From Gekko japonicus (lineage: Eukaryota), in contig NW_015174861.1 in NCBI RefSeq assembly GCF_001447785.1, positions 424,136 to 488,135 of the forward strand: DNA of 64,000 bases, read 5' to 3'. The notes beneath the pieces were generated by a model. The model did no database searches, was not told where the DNA came from, and saw only the letters and a list, made by a program, of their open reading frames with translations. Position numbers and translations under genes: made by a program. Positions 39,701 through 51,322 of this stretch are shown here, one piece after another (position 1 is the stretch's first letter; each line of letters opens with the position of its first letter).

Positions 39701-42700
39701 ACGTTAAGCTGCTATAAAGCAGATAAGTAATTAATGTTTTCAAGAAAGTACATGTTATTTTCTTTGAAAGCTCAACAGACGCCACTGTAATATTTTACTC
39801 ATTCTGAATTTAGAGTTTTACGACTCGAGGAAGACTAATGTATTATACATGTTATAATATATGTTCAAACGTGGGTGAATACTGACAACCACAAATTTTG
39901 TAAATATGTCACCCAAATGCGATTATGAACTTCAGGATGGATCCAAACCTCACCTTGCCTGGCAAGAGGGTATTTCCACTCACATGGTGTGTATGTGTGT
40001 GTGTGTGTGGGGGAAACCCCATTCCTGAGAGTTCCAACCCCAGAAGCAGCTTTGGTGGTGGTGGTGGGGTGGCTACAAGAGTAATGGAGACGCAGTAAAT
40101 CTCTTTGCAGTATCTAGATCCCACCCATTCACTAATGTATGTCTAAAAAGTGGGGAAATGTATTTTATTCATTTATATATACACCTCATTTCTCCCAAGC
40201 CAGGTAACAATAAATGCAATGTCTAATTAATCATCTATTACAATCATTAAACACATCATTAAACAGGTAAGCAAGAAACAACATGTATAACCTCCAAGTT
40301 GCCCAAAAAGCTCATTTAAATAGGTCCATTTTACAGCCTCGCTGGAAGTCCCCAAGGGAATTTTAGATATTTATAAATTCACTTGACTTTGTCACCATTT
40401 ATACATGAGAAGCAGCATTCACCCAATTTCAGACATGCAGTATAACATATAGGCTAACAAGGAAAATAAAACTTACAGACAAGCTCGTAAGTAAACATTT
40501 TCACCACGCATCATTTCAAACTTCCATTCTACCATACAGCAAGCAAAGAAAAACTATTACTTAAAAGATCCTAAATAAAATAAATGACATAAATAAGCTG
40601 GAATTTGTGGACTTACTTCTGCATTTTGCGGGTTTTTCTTTTCAGCAACAGCCTGTTGTCTAGAAGAGCGTCTTAGAGGTGCGCACAATGTCTCTTCCAT
40701 AATCCTTGCCTTGTTATGCTGTAGAGCCTTTGCTTTCTCAATCAATTTTTTTGCTTTGGATATATTGTTACTAGTAGCATTCATCTACCATCAAATTAAA
40801 AACAACCAGCAAAGGGCCATTAGCAGGCAACTACTGTATATTTAAGAAGCTGTTTGTGGTGTAACATGTGAAAACAAAATTTAAAAGATATCAAATTAAC
40901 TTTCCCTCTGAGCAGAGAAATGTTGTATATAATTTCCCAGAAATTGCTTTATTCAATTATCTGGTCTGGCATACCTTAAGGACCCTTTCAGACAGTCTTG
41001 TCTTTCTCTGAACCTCTATAAAACAAACTCAAAAGCAAGTCCCAGACGTCAATTTTCTTATTTATTTCTGTAAACTGGGAGATCAGTATTTGTTTTATAA
41101 GGAAACTTCAAAACACAATGAAAAAGATTGCTTCTCCTAGTTCAGGTGTTACATTTTATATGCATTGAGGGTCGGTTGGTGAGTCAAGGAAAAGCATGAG
41201 CATTGTATTACTTCTGGAAGTACTTGGAGATGAAAGGAAAAAAACAGCACCATCCCAACAGGACATTTGTATAAGTATCCTGAGTATTATTCTAAGGGGC
41301 TGCAACAGCTTTCCCCCACCCCTAATCCTACTCTACCATCTTATTATTTAAAAGGCATAATTTTGTTTCAAACAATACCTTTATACTCTGTGGTGAAAAG
41401 CCTTCAGAGGTACTAATTCTGGTGAATTTCATCCTGTATGTACAGTAAATCACAATACAAGTTTTTTAAAAAACAAAAAACATAGTAAATTTGGCTCTCA
41501 TGACCACTTCAACACCATTCTTTCACAGATGCAAGATAAACAGTTAGTAATAGTGGGTATTGTAAATAAAATGTAACCTATGATTGCCAAGTAACTGTAG
41601 TGTTTATATTAGTATTTTGACTAGAGCAATGAATGTAAATGATGAGGTTAGTATCTGCTAGCATTTCTTCTTCTCATTTATTTTATTTTTGTAGATATAT
41701 TAAAGAGATTTAACTCCTAATATACGCCAGGTTTACAGATGCAGAACATTATTTGGAAATAATGAGTATTCCAATAAACTCTTTATATTGTGTTAAATAC
41801 AGAGATTAAAAGGAAAAAACACACCATGGTGGTAAGTGAAAGTTCAGTGCACGCAGCTGGGCATTTACTCTTCCTTCCTTAAAAGAAGAAGGTGTATCTC
41901 TTAACTACTTTGGCAGTATGTGCACGCATCAATACCCCTTTTGCCACTGCAGAGTCCAGAATCAGAAAAGAGCAAGACATGAAAAATTGAAGGAGCAGGA
42001 GAAAATAAAGCAACAGCTCTCTCATATTGGATGAAGGAAGCTTTGATTCTCAAAAGCTTATACCACAAAATTCTTGGGCTCTAAAGTGCTACTGTCTCAA
42101 AAGTGATACAAGTAGGAAGGAGCAAACAGGTGAAATGGTAACCTAGGCAGCTTATTGATCTGCTTGCTTTATGGCATCCAACTCTTCCGCCTGCAGAGAA
42201 GCAGCAATCAGAAGCACAAAGAGGCCACAGTGAAGCACAGTAACTTGGCTTTTTGTTGAAGGAGTGGAAGTAGTAGTGGACCTGCACATGTGACTGGGCC
42301 ACACACATCACTCTGCCACTGTCAGCTTCAGGAGGTTCTGGTGATGCTTACAACAACCAGGGCTCAACCCAGCTAGTTAAGCACCTTGAAGCAAAAGTTA
42401 AGCATAGACATAAGTCTCTTCTATGAGACTTTGTAGTGCTTAAGTTTGGCTAGATCATCCCCTGTCTATAACCACCCATCTTAATAATGTCTTCCCCTGT
42501 GGATTGGACAATACACTGGTGTGGAGGGTGTAAAGATAAGCTGCCCCAAATCTCTTATTCTGGGTGCTGAAAACAGCTGCTCCAGCAGTCAGGCAGGCAG
42601 GGCACACTCCTCTTTTATTTTGTGAGAGTGAAAGCTCTGCTTTTACAAGATCTCAGCTTTCTACTCCCAAGGTAGGTGCACCTATGTTCAAGTCAGACCA

Positions 42701-45700
42701 ACACAGCTACCTACCTGAATCTATGTTCAAGTTAGTAATTCCAGATACAGCTTAAAATATAAATCAAATTTATTAGCACAAGGAGTGTTGCAAAGCATGA
42801 ACCACTCAGTTGCAGGCAAAATTATATATATAAAAAAGCCTCACTATTACTACATAAAACCTGGCTATCTGAAAACTTTAAACCTTACTACCTTTAGGCA
42901 TCTCTGGATATTATTCTTCAATCATCCATTTTACCCACCTGATAGAATACACGCCTCCTCCATAGTTAGCTGGTACAGCGTAGCAGCATGCCAAGGTGGA
43001 AACAGCTAAAAAGTGGCCATCCTATGTGCATTAAAAAACTGTATTTTCTAACACTCAGTGCATCACCCAGCAACTCAATGGCCAATCAGGGCCGGCCAGT
43101 TAATTAACATCTATGAGAAGAAACTAGAAAGGAGGAATAGAGACTATAAAAGAGTCTCTCAAGGTCAAATCTTCAATTAAAACAAAATGCACAAAGATGT
43201 CTCTAGTCACTATAGTGAGCACTTTCTGAATAGGCCAGAATCCCAACACTTAAAGTTCTGAAGGAAGGCCCAGTCTCCTTATTAGAACCTGAAGCCTGAA
43301 TTATCAAGTTCCTTACAGGGGAGCAGGGATACATCTTTCCTTTCTGTCCATCCAGCATGCTTGTTCATGCCTGGCCCCAGGTTGGCTCAATTAGCTGTCA
43401 CCAGGGGAAGGGCCTTCTCAGTTGTGGCTCTTACCTCGTGGAATGCACTCTCAGATGACACCCGTGCCCTGCCGTACTTGTTTAGTTTCCACAGGTCATG
43501 CAAGGCCGAATTGTTTAGGTTGGCCTTTGGAGGACAATCCACATGTTTGCATTGTTTTTATTAGTGGTATGGTGCTATCCATATATTTTAATTATTTAAT
43601 AGTTTAATGTTAATATTTAATATTTGCTATTTGGTTTTTATGTTGTTTTTACCTTCTTATATGGTTTTAACGTTGTAAGTTGCTGACACACCCTTTGGGT
43701 AAGTGGTGATTTTAAAAAATCTAATTAATAATTAAGAACAGCCCTGTCACTGACACCACCACAGTGGCATAATATGTATTCATATCCAATATTTATGGGC
43801 TCTGTATGCATAGATGAGTTCATTCCATGAATCTAAGAGTTCAGCCATCCATACAGAACCTACATGGCTTGGATTCGGCAGATTCCGGCTGCTATTGGAA
43901 CTGCAGCCAAAGTGCCAGTGCAAGGAGATGTAAAGCATGCTTCTCCAAACCCCCATCACCACCATGGGATCAAACCATCCCTATATGTATGTGTTTAGGT
44001 TACAGAGAGAAAGATACAGTAGCTGTAAACCAATGCTCTACAAGTTATAGTGGAGGTCTTATGACATTTGAAATATGCTCTGAAACAATATAAGGATTTG
44101 GGATCTGAAATGTTTTTAAAGGCTTGCTCTCCAGATTCTCAACATTCTGTACTATGCAGGGGAACATGGCAAGCCTTTGAAGTTACATACATTCAAAGCT
44201 TCCATTTACAAAATGTCTATACTCAACCAAAGTGGCTTTCATCCTAAAATGAAGATCTTACCTTATTGGGCTCTTTGCATCAAAGGGCTCAGTTATCACC
44301 TCAGCCTTATACATGTTACTTTTACTGGAGGAATTATTGTTTGTTTTGGGAGTAGAAGCCTGTAGAGGGCTATCACCAGGCGTATTTTCAGTAATAGCCC
44401 CTGAAATGTTCCCCTTTTTTGGTGTAACGTTTATGGAAGCTTCATTTTTCTTTTGCCGTGAACTTCTTCTCAATCCACTCTGATGCAATTTGTTCTGGGT
44501 CTCCACTGCAGTTACCTTAATTTGACTATTAGCATTACTGTTCTGGTTTCCATTAATAGTTAAATCTTCCACCTTTGTTTCCAATGTCAGCCGTTTCCTA
44601 CTGAGCTTGTTATTTTTCAAACGAGCACCACAATGTCTGCCAGTATTACGAAAATCACTAGCAACACAATCTTTTGGAACTTCATTTTTTTTGTTAGAAG
44701 CCTCCTCACTTTCTTCTATTTCTTCTTTGAGGTTTGAAGAGTTTTCTCTCATTTCCTTCTGTTTAGCAAATCCCTTTTTAGCTCCATTTTTTACTGTATC
44801 TGATTCTGGTTGTCTAAAAGCTTTCATGAACTGGGATCTTTCTTCTGCAGTGCATTTGGACTTCACAGTCTCTGAACTTTGAGTTTCCAACACAGCCAGC
44901 TCTAACTCTTCCTCTGCTATCACAACATTAGATTTTCTTTTCTGGGTAATTTGCTCAGTAGACTCCACCTTGGGAGTAGACAAATTGCTTTGTCTTTTAG
45001 CTGCTTTGGCTTTCTGTTTTAAAAAGATAGAAGCTATTTTTCTAGAAGAGAGAGATTTTGGAGGAACAGGATGAATTTCCGCAAGGACAGTTACTTTCTT
45101 AAGTGGCGATGGCTGAGCAGTTTGGCAGCTGACACTTTCACACAACACAACAGAATTGTCAGGTGTTTGGTCTTCTGATATTTGATCAACTTTATTTTCT
45201 CTTTGGCTTTTCAGAAAGTCTTCAAATGACACAGTCACTGTGCTTTCATTTAACTGTAGTGTCTCATGACTTTTACTCTCAAGTCCTAAAGTGCTTTTAT
45301 TTTCAGGCTCACTTGTAGAAACAAGTTGTATCTCATCAGCTTCTTTAGATTGTTCACTTAACTGAGTTTCAGGAATAAAACTTTCAGGGACATCTGTCTC
45401 ATCCTTATGCTTCCTTTTCTTAGATCTTTTAAAGTTATTATTTATTACTTTATCTTCTATCTTCTGTTTTATTTCTTCATCTTTGCCACTGACAGCATTG
45501 GAGGAGTTTTTGCTGCAATCATTTAACATTCCTTCCATGCTAGGGTCAAGCAATTCAGGTGCATTTTGACCAATTGAATGAGTTTTCAAGTCCTCATCCT
45601 TCAGACTGCATTTTTCACTATCATTCACTGAATCATGTTCAAGTGTTTTCATATCTTTTAATTTATTATTTAAATTACATCTCTTTCCTCTCCTCTTAAG

Positions 45701-48700
45701 TTTTGTCAAAGGTTTTGAAGAGATTTCCAGGGATAATATACTTTTCTTACTTTCCTTCTCTGCCACAGGTGAAACAATTTTCTCATTAGAAGGGGAAGTT
45801 TTTTTAAAGTAATCCATTATATTGTTGGATTTTGGTGGTGACAACACTCTATCGACATTTTTTGCTAATGGTGAAAAATAGTTTGTAATTGCTTTAACAG
45901 AAGGATCATCTTCTCTCCGTTTCTTACATGGCTATAAAGCAAAAACAGAATTCTCTGAAAGAACAGTTGCAGTGTACATTAAAATGCATTTCTTCTTACT
46001 CATCATTTCACATATTTGTTACGCTTATGATACAAAAATGATGCATTGTTTTCCTCTATTTTTATACTTGATTAATGGGGCTAGCTACGATAATCTTTAA
46101 GAGTTACGAGACTCTTTATTGCGGGGGGGGGAGATATTATATGCTGTAATAACATTAGGTTAGCCAGTAGGGGAAGAGGACTGTGGTACCCAGCACTACA
46201 ATAGAAGACACCATTCTTCAACACTGGTGTCTCTGACAACTATGGCCCAAACTATACAAGATGTTTTTGCATAAATTGGGTCACCTTTCTTGCAGCCAGA
46301 TGGCACCCTAAGCACCACACTGCCCAAACTGGGCCAAAAGCATGAAAACAGAAACGGCTTCAGCTTCCCCTGTGCCATTTTTCTGAGTAAAAACAGCCTT
46401 TGGGGCAGGGCCATGGCTACACATGCCATTCTGCAATGGTGTGTTATTTGTCCCCAGGGCCATTTCAGCTACAAAAAATAGTGTAGAGAGAAGGCTGTAG
46501 CCCCTGTGCAGTGGTCCTAATATGAATTGGACCTTGTGGCTCTTGGGGAAATAAGTTTCCCACAGCTGCCATCTGGTTGCAGGAAAGGCAGGTCAGGTTG
46601 GAAAAACACCGACCCAATTCCAGGAAAAAGTCTTGTGTAGTTTGAGCCTGTATTGCTATAGCCGGTAATACAAAGAGAAAGGACAAACTTCTACAAATTC
46701 CTTCTTACAAGAGTTCATAAACTCCAACTAAGTAGCAATGTACTTTTTGCACACCTCATTATTTAAGTCTTTACCCCATTTTCCTCTCTCCTTTGTCTGA
46801 CATGAAGCTTGATCCTATGCATGTTTACTGAGATATCCCATGGAGATTATGCCAAAACAATTATGTGTAGGATTGCAGCATGAGAAAATTAACTTTTTGG
46901 GGAGTAAAAATGAACCAGCAAAACAGGCACTATTACTAAACATACATTACTTCATAATAATGCACTACTTTACAACAACATGTACGTTTGCCCTTCCATC
47001 TTGCAGGACAGTATTTAGATTTAAATGAAAGCAACATGGGCATTACTACAACTTTAAGGACAGCAGGTTAAAATTTCCCATAACATACCAGGCAACACAA
47101 CGTCTTATCCAGCTCCATTCACACTACCACAAACCTCACAGCTCTCTAGAATCACATATGCTCACTGCTCTTACTACTGTGCTCCAAAGCCATATCACTA
47201 AGCTTCAGCTGTGCTGCCCTGGTTCTATTAGGAAACAAACCACATTCTGTCAAATTTACAAAGCCCCACAAAAACAGTTTCTAAATGTTCCTTGCCTGAG
47301 ATATAGCACAATCATATAAATCTGAAAAATTAAAGAACCTTGCCATCTATGAAGCCAAAATAAATGGAATAACTAAAACATTTTAAAAAAAGGAAATGGG
47401 CCGCTTGTAGGGTAGGATATAAATCCCAAGTAAATAAAAAAAAGACACATAACATATTGTCAAACCAACTGAAGCTTTAGTGTTCATTTTCATGGCCTCA
47501 CCCATATCTCACAATATTTTGCTGCCAGCCCCATTTACATTTATTGACACGGGGTTGCATCCCGAACACTATGTATGGAGTGAAGGTCACAAAACAGGAT
47601 TTTCCTGTCCCCTCATCTTGCAGTGAGGGAGTCCACACCCCTAATTCTGCTCCTCAGAGTCAGGAGACGGGGAGGGACACCAACAAACATCATCCCCCAC
47701 CAACAGAAGTGCTGTCACACCAATGAAATAGTACTTTTGAATCCAAACCATGGTCTTTTAAAACTTAGATCCTGTAAACCGTGGTTAAGTTCCAGCTCCT
47801 CCACTAACCCAGCCTTGCAGAAAAGAACCGAAAGATAATATGCCACCTGCAAAGAGTGGACCACACTGTGAGTCTAGTAAGTTATTTGCCTGGTAAACAA
47901 GGAGGACCTAGGAAGGACTAGTCCCCCCCCCCCTGCACTAGTGTCATCAAGAAAATTAGGTGGTCATCTTAAATGTACATACAAGTTTACAGGTATGTAC
48001 AGTGATATTTTTTTTAAGTTGGTAAATAAATAAGTACAAGCCTACAATGACCAGATTTAAACGCAGTTTTGTAGAAGGGATCTACTCACACATTATTATT
48101 TTTTTTAACTCCCCTTATAAAAGATCTGCGCATAGCTATGCTAATATATATTGGTTTTAACGATCATGCCTTCTCCAGAGAAGCATGGGGATTGCAATTT
48201 GCTGATGGTACCAAGACTTGCTCTGGCCTTCCCCCTCTTTGCACAGAACATGAAGGATCTGCGGGAGGAGAGGGCATGACTATTAAAACGAGGTTAATTT
48301 CACAGGTGGGTCAGTTGTTCATATACTGGCTTTGAAGGAGGAGTGTGTTTATGAAAACTTCCTTCTATGTCCTACCAACTCATCTGAGCCATTATAAATA
48401 TGCAGCCACCAAGAGTATTTTGGGTCACATTTAGTTCACTTTGGGACTGAACATGTCAACCATTGTTTATTATTTACTTTAAAATAGAAAAACACAGAAT
48501 TGTGGGAGAAATGACAAGGAAATTTTATCTTAAGGTAGACAAAAAAACAGTGTGACAACAATACAGATCTCCGTGTCATGGTACTGTGATGCAGTGGTTA
48601 AAAACACAGACCTAGCAATGAAAAGCGCCGAGTTCAAACCTCCCCATGGCCACGGAGTGTAGTGAGTAACTTTAAGTAAGCCGCTCTCTTTCTTTCAGCC

Positions 48701-49015
48701 TACTCTATCTCACAGGGTCGGTGTGAGGATAAAATCAGGGGGGCCACCTATTCTGCCTCCTTCAGACAAGCGAAATAAAAAAGGAAGTTAAAATAATAAA
48801 GAGGAAATGTCCTAAGCCGTGTTTGATTTCTTAACTTAAAAGTTCTCTTTTGGCCATAGAGCCACCCCGCCCCGTGCAAAGCTGCCCCACCAAATGCAAG
48901 AGCGCTGGGCCGCGGCCAGTCCTCATGCCCCTTCCGAGCCCCCGTCTCTCACCTGAGCATCCCCGTCCTTGTCGGATGGGGAAGCCGCCGTGGCCATGGT
49001 CACCCTCCCCACCAT
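15663..49015 (-). CDS. ATAD5: ATPase family AAA domain-containing protein 5 (Elg1-like PCNA unloader large subunit), 23 coding exons, 1751 aa
   Basis: MVGRVTMA...PCKKR start; KRKSNVVIAEEELELAVLE; LWTEKYQP; Walker A GPPGIGKT; IFEVNAS; LILFEEVD; TTKRPVILTTND; C-terminal RRFLHYLEG...AADFP. Exon lengths sum to 5256 nt with all phases compatible. Confidence 0.97.
15902..16069 (-). CDS. ATAD5: ATAD5 exon 22
   Basis: EYLPTLRNICKSE..KEQGKTKRR. Confidence 0.92.
16728..16928. mobile_element. hAT-type MITE (201 bp)
   Basis: TIRs cagtgttccctctaagc / gcttagagggagcattg; 8-bp TSD gtggtggc / gtggtgac. Confidence 0.85.
17610..18424 (-). CDS. ATAD5: ATAD5 exon 21
   Basis: 815-nt open exon HEITSKEEW...VDFIYSNLE...LDDSDLF. 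Confidence 0.93.
18976..19154 (-). CDS. ATAD5: ATAD5 exon 20
   Basis: PKCDTGCIESLLGLKNIFLPSEDLLSFLK. Confidence 0.9.
19916..20096 (-). CDS. ATAD5: ATAD5 exon 19
   Basis: VASYLQVLCLAENLRTD...CDIRQSILHLQFWVRSGGG. Confidence 0.93.
20500..21340. mobile_element. Cluster of non-autonomous DNA transposon fragments (tagggttgcca...tggcaacccta family) plus a minus-strand SINE at about 21040-21240
   Basis: Repeated accattttctccagg...aactgat modules shared with the copy at 51110-51322. Confidence 0.6.
21341..21840. other. Assembly gap (500 N)
   Basis: Run of N. Confidence 1.
22677..22741 (-). CDS. ATAD5: ATAD5 exon 18
   Basis: DPSFSLIFDGLFEEITFTVPSL. Confidence 0.9.
25545..25638 (-). CDS. ATAD5: ATAD5 exon 17
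   Basis: VDIILDEDVGFLNAIKTFMATTKRPVILTTN. Confidence 0.93.
25987..26099 (-). CDS. ATAD5: ATAD5 exon 16
   Basis: KKSATSLILFEE. Confidence 0.9.
26903..27058 (-). CDS. ATAD5: ATAD5 exon 15
   Basis: SPKKPPVSPRR...LAPKTLTSYFK. Confidence 0.85.
27147..27966 (-). mobile_element. Young 5'-truncated L1 with an open ORF2 C-terminus, poly(A) tail and 16-bp TSD
   Basis: 234-codon ORF (KMFHRWY...CWKC...GTFYHMWWRC...ITAARILFAKNWK); TSD gtttcacataatttct at 27131-27146 and 27967-27982. Confidence 0.95.
28290..28845. mobile_element. hAT-type MITE carrying an internal CT-rich microsatellite
   Basis: TIRs caggggtcattt / aaatgacccctg; perfect 8-bp TSD tttataac. Confidence 0.9.
28415..28570. repeat. (CTTT/CCTT)n polypyrimidine tract
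   Basis: Directly visible. Confidence 0.9.
29129..29270 (-). CDS. ATAD5: ATAD5 exon 14
   Basis: IFEVNASCQRSGRQILSQLKEATQSHQVDKQG. Confidence 0.93.
29361..29506 (-). CDS. ATAD5: ATAD5 exon 13 (Walker A)
   Basis: LCNTVLLIGPPGIGKTAAVYACAQELGFK. Confidence 0.95.
29782..29861 (-). CDS. ATAD5: ATAD5 exon 12
   Basis: WLSEWKKR. Confidence 0.88.
31303..31399 (-). CDS. ATAD5: ATAD5 exon 11
   Basis: EDVLWTEKYQPQNSNELIGN. Confidence 0.92.
32363..32638 (-). CDS. ATAD5: ATAD5 exon 10
   Basis: Basic KRKRK...KRRKQ exon, phase 1 to 1. Confidence 0.85.
33018..33162 (-). CDS. ATAD5: ATAD5 exon 9
   Basis: LRNCLLEEIKASNPQF. Confidence 0.88.
33346..33503 (-). CDS. ATAD5: ATAD5 exon 8
   Basis: CLMWKLTPPSCPLL...SLGEFS. 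Confidence 0.88.
34114..34295 (-). CDS. ATAD5: ATAD5 exon 7
   Basis: FKAKRKFLMSGLPESLKRQIAKKAA. Confidence 0.9.
35404..36418. mobile_element. Non-autonomous DNA transposon with a nested MITE (35641-35903) of the 16728 family
   Basis: Outer ends tagggatgtgca / tgcacattacta; the inner copy has the same TIRs as 16728-16928 and a 57-bp tandem duplication. Confidence 0.7.
36803..36884 (-). CDS. ATAD5: ATAD5 exon 6
   Basis: KEKVSSLFRKKVQK...DES. Confidence 0.82.
37196..37260. repeat. Compound (AT)n(GT)n microsatellite
   Basis: Directly visible. Confidence 0.9.
37776..37917 (-). CDS. ATAD5: ATAD5 exon 5
   Basis: ESVIILDS...LNDVLGKK. Confidence 0.85.
40617..40784 (-). CDS. ATAD5: ATAD5 exon 4
   Basis: ISKAKKLIEKAKA...PLRRSSRQQ. 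Confidence 0.88.
41379..41433 (-). CDS. ATAD5: ATAD5 exon 3
   Basis: MKFTRISTSEGFSPQSIK, phase 2 to 0. Confidence 0.85.
43330..43700 (+). mobile_element. L2 LINE 3' fragment
   Basis: RGRAFSVVALTSWNALS...FHRSCKAELFRLAF resembles the L2 ORF2 C-terminus. Confidence 0.7.
44262..45931 (-). CDS. ATAD5: ATAD5 exon 2
   Basis: 1670-nt open exon PCKKRR...KSPIR. Confidence 0.95.
48575..48790 (+). mobile_element. tRNA-derived SINE (Squam3/MIR-like)
   Basis: A-box-like gcagtggttaa, B-box gagttcaaacc, core ctcacagggtcggtgtgaggataaaa. Confidence 0.6.
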
Positions 49016-49620
49016 CTGCTTCCCAGTAACGGCCGGAGAGAGATCCCTCAGCCCCGGCAAAAGGTCCTCGGAGTCGTCGCCATGAGGGACAGTCACCCCA
49101 CTCTCCCCGCCCGCCTTCGCAAGCCCTCGGTCTCTTTCCTTCGACCACTCGGCCGGGCCCTGTCAGAAATTCGCGCGCGGGGGAACCAGCGGGCAAAACA
49201 GAAAAGCGCGCGCGGGACGTATTCGGAGCCCCGTGACGGCAGGCGAGGGGCGGGGCGTGCTCCTCGGGAGCTCACGTGACAAGGGGAGCGCAGGCAAGGC
49301 TGGCACCGCACCCGTTTCCCCTGTCACGTGAGCTCCCGCCCTCCGTTACATGAGATTTTATTCATAGGGCATATAGCTGTTGGTCGTTTGATCCCAGCAG
49401 TAGCGGCGGCGCCTCCCTCTCCCTAATCGCCTTTGGTTTTTCGAGGGAGTCGGCCTTGTAATGACAGCTTGACTACGGTATCTGTCAAGATTACTTTTCC
49501 CGCCTGTTGCGACCAGAGAGGAGTAGGCGGGGCCAGGCAGGGAAAGAAAGGAAAGAGAGCAAATGAGCCAAACGAGAGCCCTTGGGCGGGTAACCGTAGT
49601 AGTCTGAAAGAGCAAGGGGA
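48850..49620 (-). promoter_or_regulatory. ATAD5 CpG-island promoter with E2F-like sites, a GC box and paired E-boxes
   Basis: ttcgcgcgcggg (~49170) and aaaagcgcgcgcggg (~49202); ggggcggggc; tcacgtga at 49272 and 49324. Confidence 0.8.
48953..49015 (-). CDS. ATAD5: ATAD5 exon 1
   Basis: MVGRVTMATAASPSDKDGDAQ|gtgaga inside a CpG island. Confidence 0.9.
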
Positions 49621-50130
49621 CAAGTTCGAGTCCAGTGGCACTTTTAAGACCAACAAAGTTTTAATTCAAGGTGTCTGAAGAAATGTACATGCACAGGAAA
49701 CCTTATAACTTGAATAAAACTTTGTTGGTCATCAGGGCTTTTTTTGTAGAAAAAGCCCAGCAGGAACTCATTAGCATAATAGGCCACACTCAACAGCAGA
49801 AACTCATTAGCATATTAAGCCATACCCATGATAGCACAGTTCGTTAGCATATTAGGCCACTCCCCCATGTCACCAGAAGTGTGGTCATCCAGCCACACCC
49901 ACCTTTTGTTTCTTATTCTGTTTACTTTGTTGTCAAAACCCTGGGCTTTTTTTGTAGCAGGAACTTCTTTGCATGTTAGGCCACATGTAGCCAATCCTAA
50001 TGAGTTTCTGCTGTTAGGTGTGGCCTATTATGCTAATGAGTTCCTGCTGGGTGTGGCCAACTCAGGAGCCAGCCGGAACACCCCCCAAAAAGCCCTGTAT
50101 AGTCATAAAGGTGCCACCTGACTCGAACTT
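49620..50130. mobile_element. Inverted Penelope terminal repeats with a hammerhead remnant, interrupted by hAT MITEs (49733-50097)
   Basis: gaccaacaaagtttta..ttcaag / cttgaataaaactttgttggtc flank ctgaaga...gaaa; the inverted match resumes after the cagggctttt...aaaagccctg insertion. Confidence 0.7.
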
Positions 50131-51109
50131 TTTTCGGTAGCCATTAGGGGTCACACTTGTTCAAAGAGCGATGTTCTTGGTCTGCCATTGAAATGTCCTG
50201 TAATTATCTAGTGGTCTGATGCTTTACAGTTTTGCATTATTTGTGTACTTCAGTTCTTTATCTGTTATCTTCTATGGTAATAATTCCAGAGGGGTAGTCT
50301 TTTATCGTGTTCCAGCAAAAATATAAAGGAGTTTAAAAAAAGTTTTGTTTAAAGAAGTGTGTTTTGCACAGGAAAGCTGACACTTAGAATAAAACTTTGT
50401 TGGTCTCAAAGGTGCCGCTTGACTCAAACTTTGTTCTGCTACTTCTGACCTACAAGGCTACCTATCCACCTGAATAAAGAGTCATGTTAGTGCTTTGGGT
50501 GAGAGCCCATTTCTTCAGGTGCAAGTAACATATTTGTGTATAAATTCTTGTTTAGAACTTTTTGTATAGAACATCGAATATGAAGAAGAAGGCTCTATCC
50601 AGGAAAGAAGGGGGAGCGGGGGACTTACGGGCACCCCAGTGAGGGGTTATCAAGGCAAGTCAGAAGCACAGGTGGTTTGCCATTGCCTTCCTCTGCAGAT
50701 TCCTCCTGCATGATCTCCCATGAGAACCGACTCTGCTTAGCTTCCAAGATCAGACTATACTATACTATTCCACATCCCCAGGAAAGATTATGCTGGCATG
50801 ATTTTTTTGAGTGACAAGACTCCTGTTTTTTAAAAAATTTGAACTATTTACATTGTGCCTTATCTCCAAGTCAAGTTAGTTTACAAAGCATTGACAAACT
50901 GCAAACAAAAATAATGCAACAGTTGAATAGCAAAATAAAAAACAGCAGCAAAATCTGCTGGAAATAGTTTACCATACACCAAATACCATTTGAAATAAAA
51001 AACATTTTACACCCCTTCCTGAATTCAGAACATGAAGGTACTCTCTGCAACCATTCTGGTAAGCCATTTCAAAGGGCTGGTCGTACCACAGAAAAAAATA
51101 CCCACAACC

Positions 51110-51322
51110 TAGGGTTGCCAACTCTGAATTGGGAAACTGCTGCAGATTTTTGTGTAGATCGGGGAGGATGGAGTTGGCGGGGGGGGGGGACCTCTGCAGG
51201 CTATAAGGTCATCAAGTTCGCTCTCCTAAGCAGCCATTTTCTTCAGGGAAACTGATCTGTGTAGTCTTGAGATCTTTTGAAATTACAGATCTCCAGGCCC
51301 CACCTGAAGGCTGGCAACCCTA
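51110..51322. mobile_element. MITE with tagggttgcca / tggcaacccta termini, inserted among L2 remnants (about 50850-51600, minus strand)
   Basis: Terminal inverted repeats visible; flanking peptide LPLKMFQKFKLVQN is L2-like. Confidence 0.7.

Noticed and set aside
48831-49678. Several GC-rich ORFs around the ATAD5 promoter, and similar ones at 53072-53464
   Set aside because: Expected stop-codon scarcity in CpG islands; no recognisable domains.
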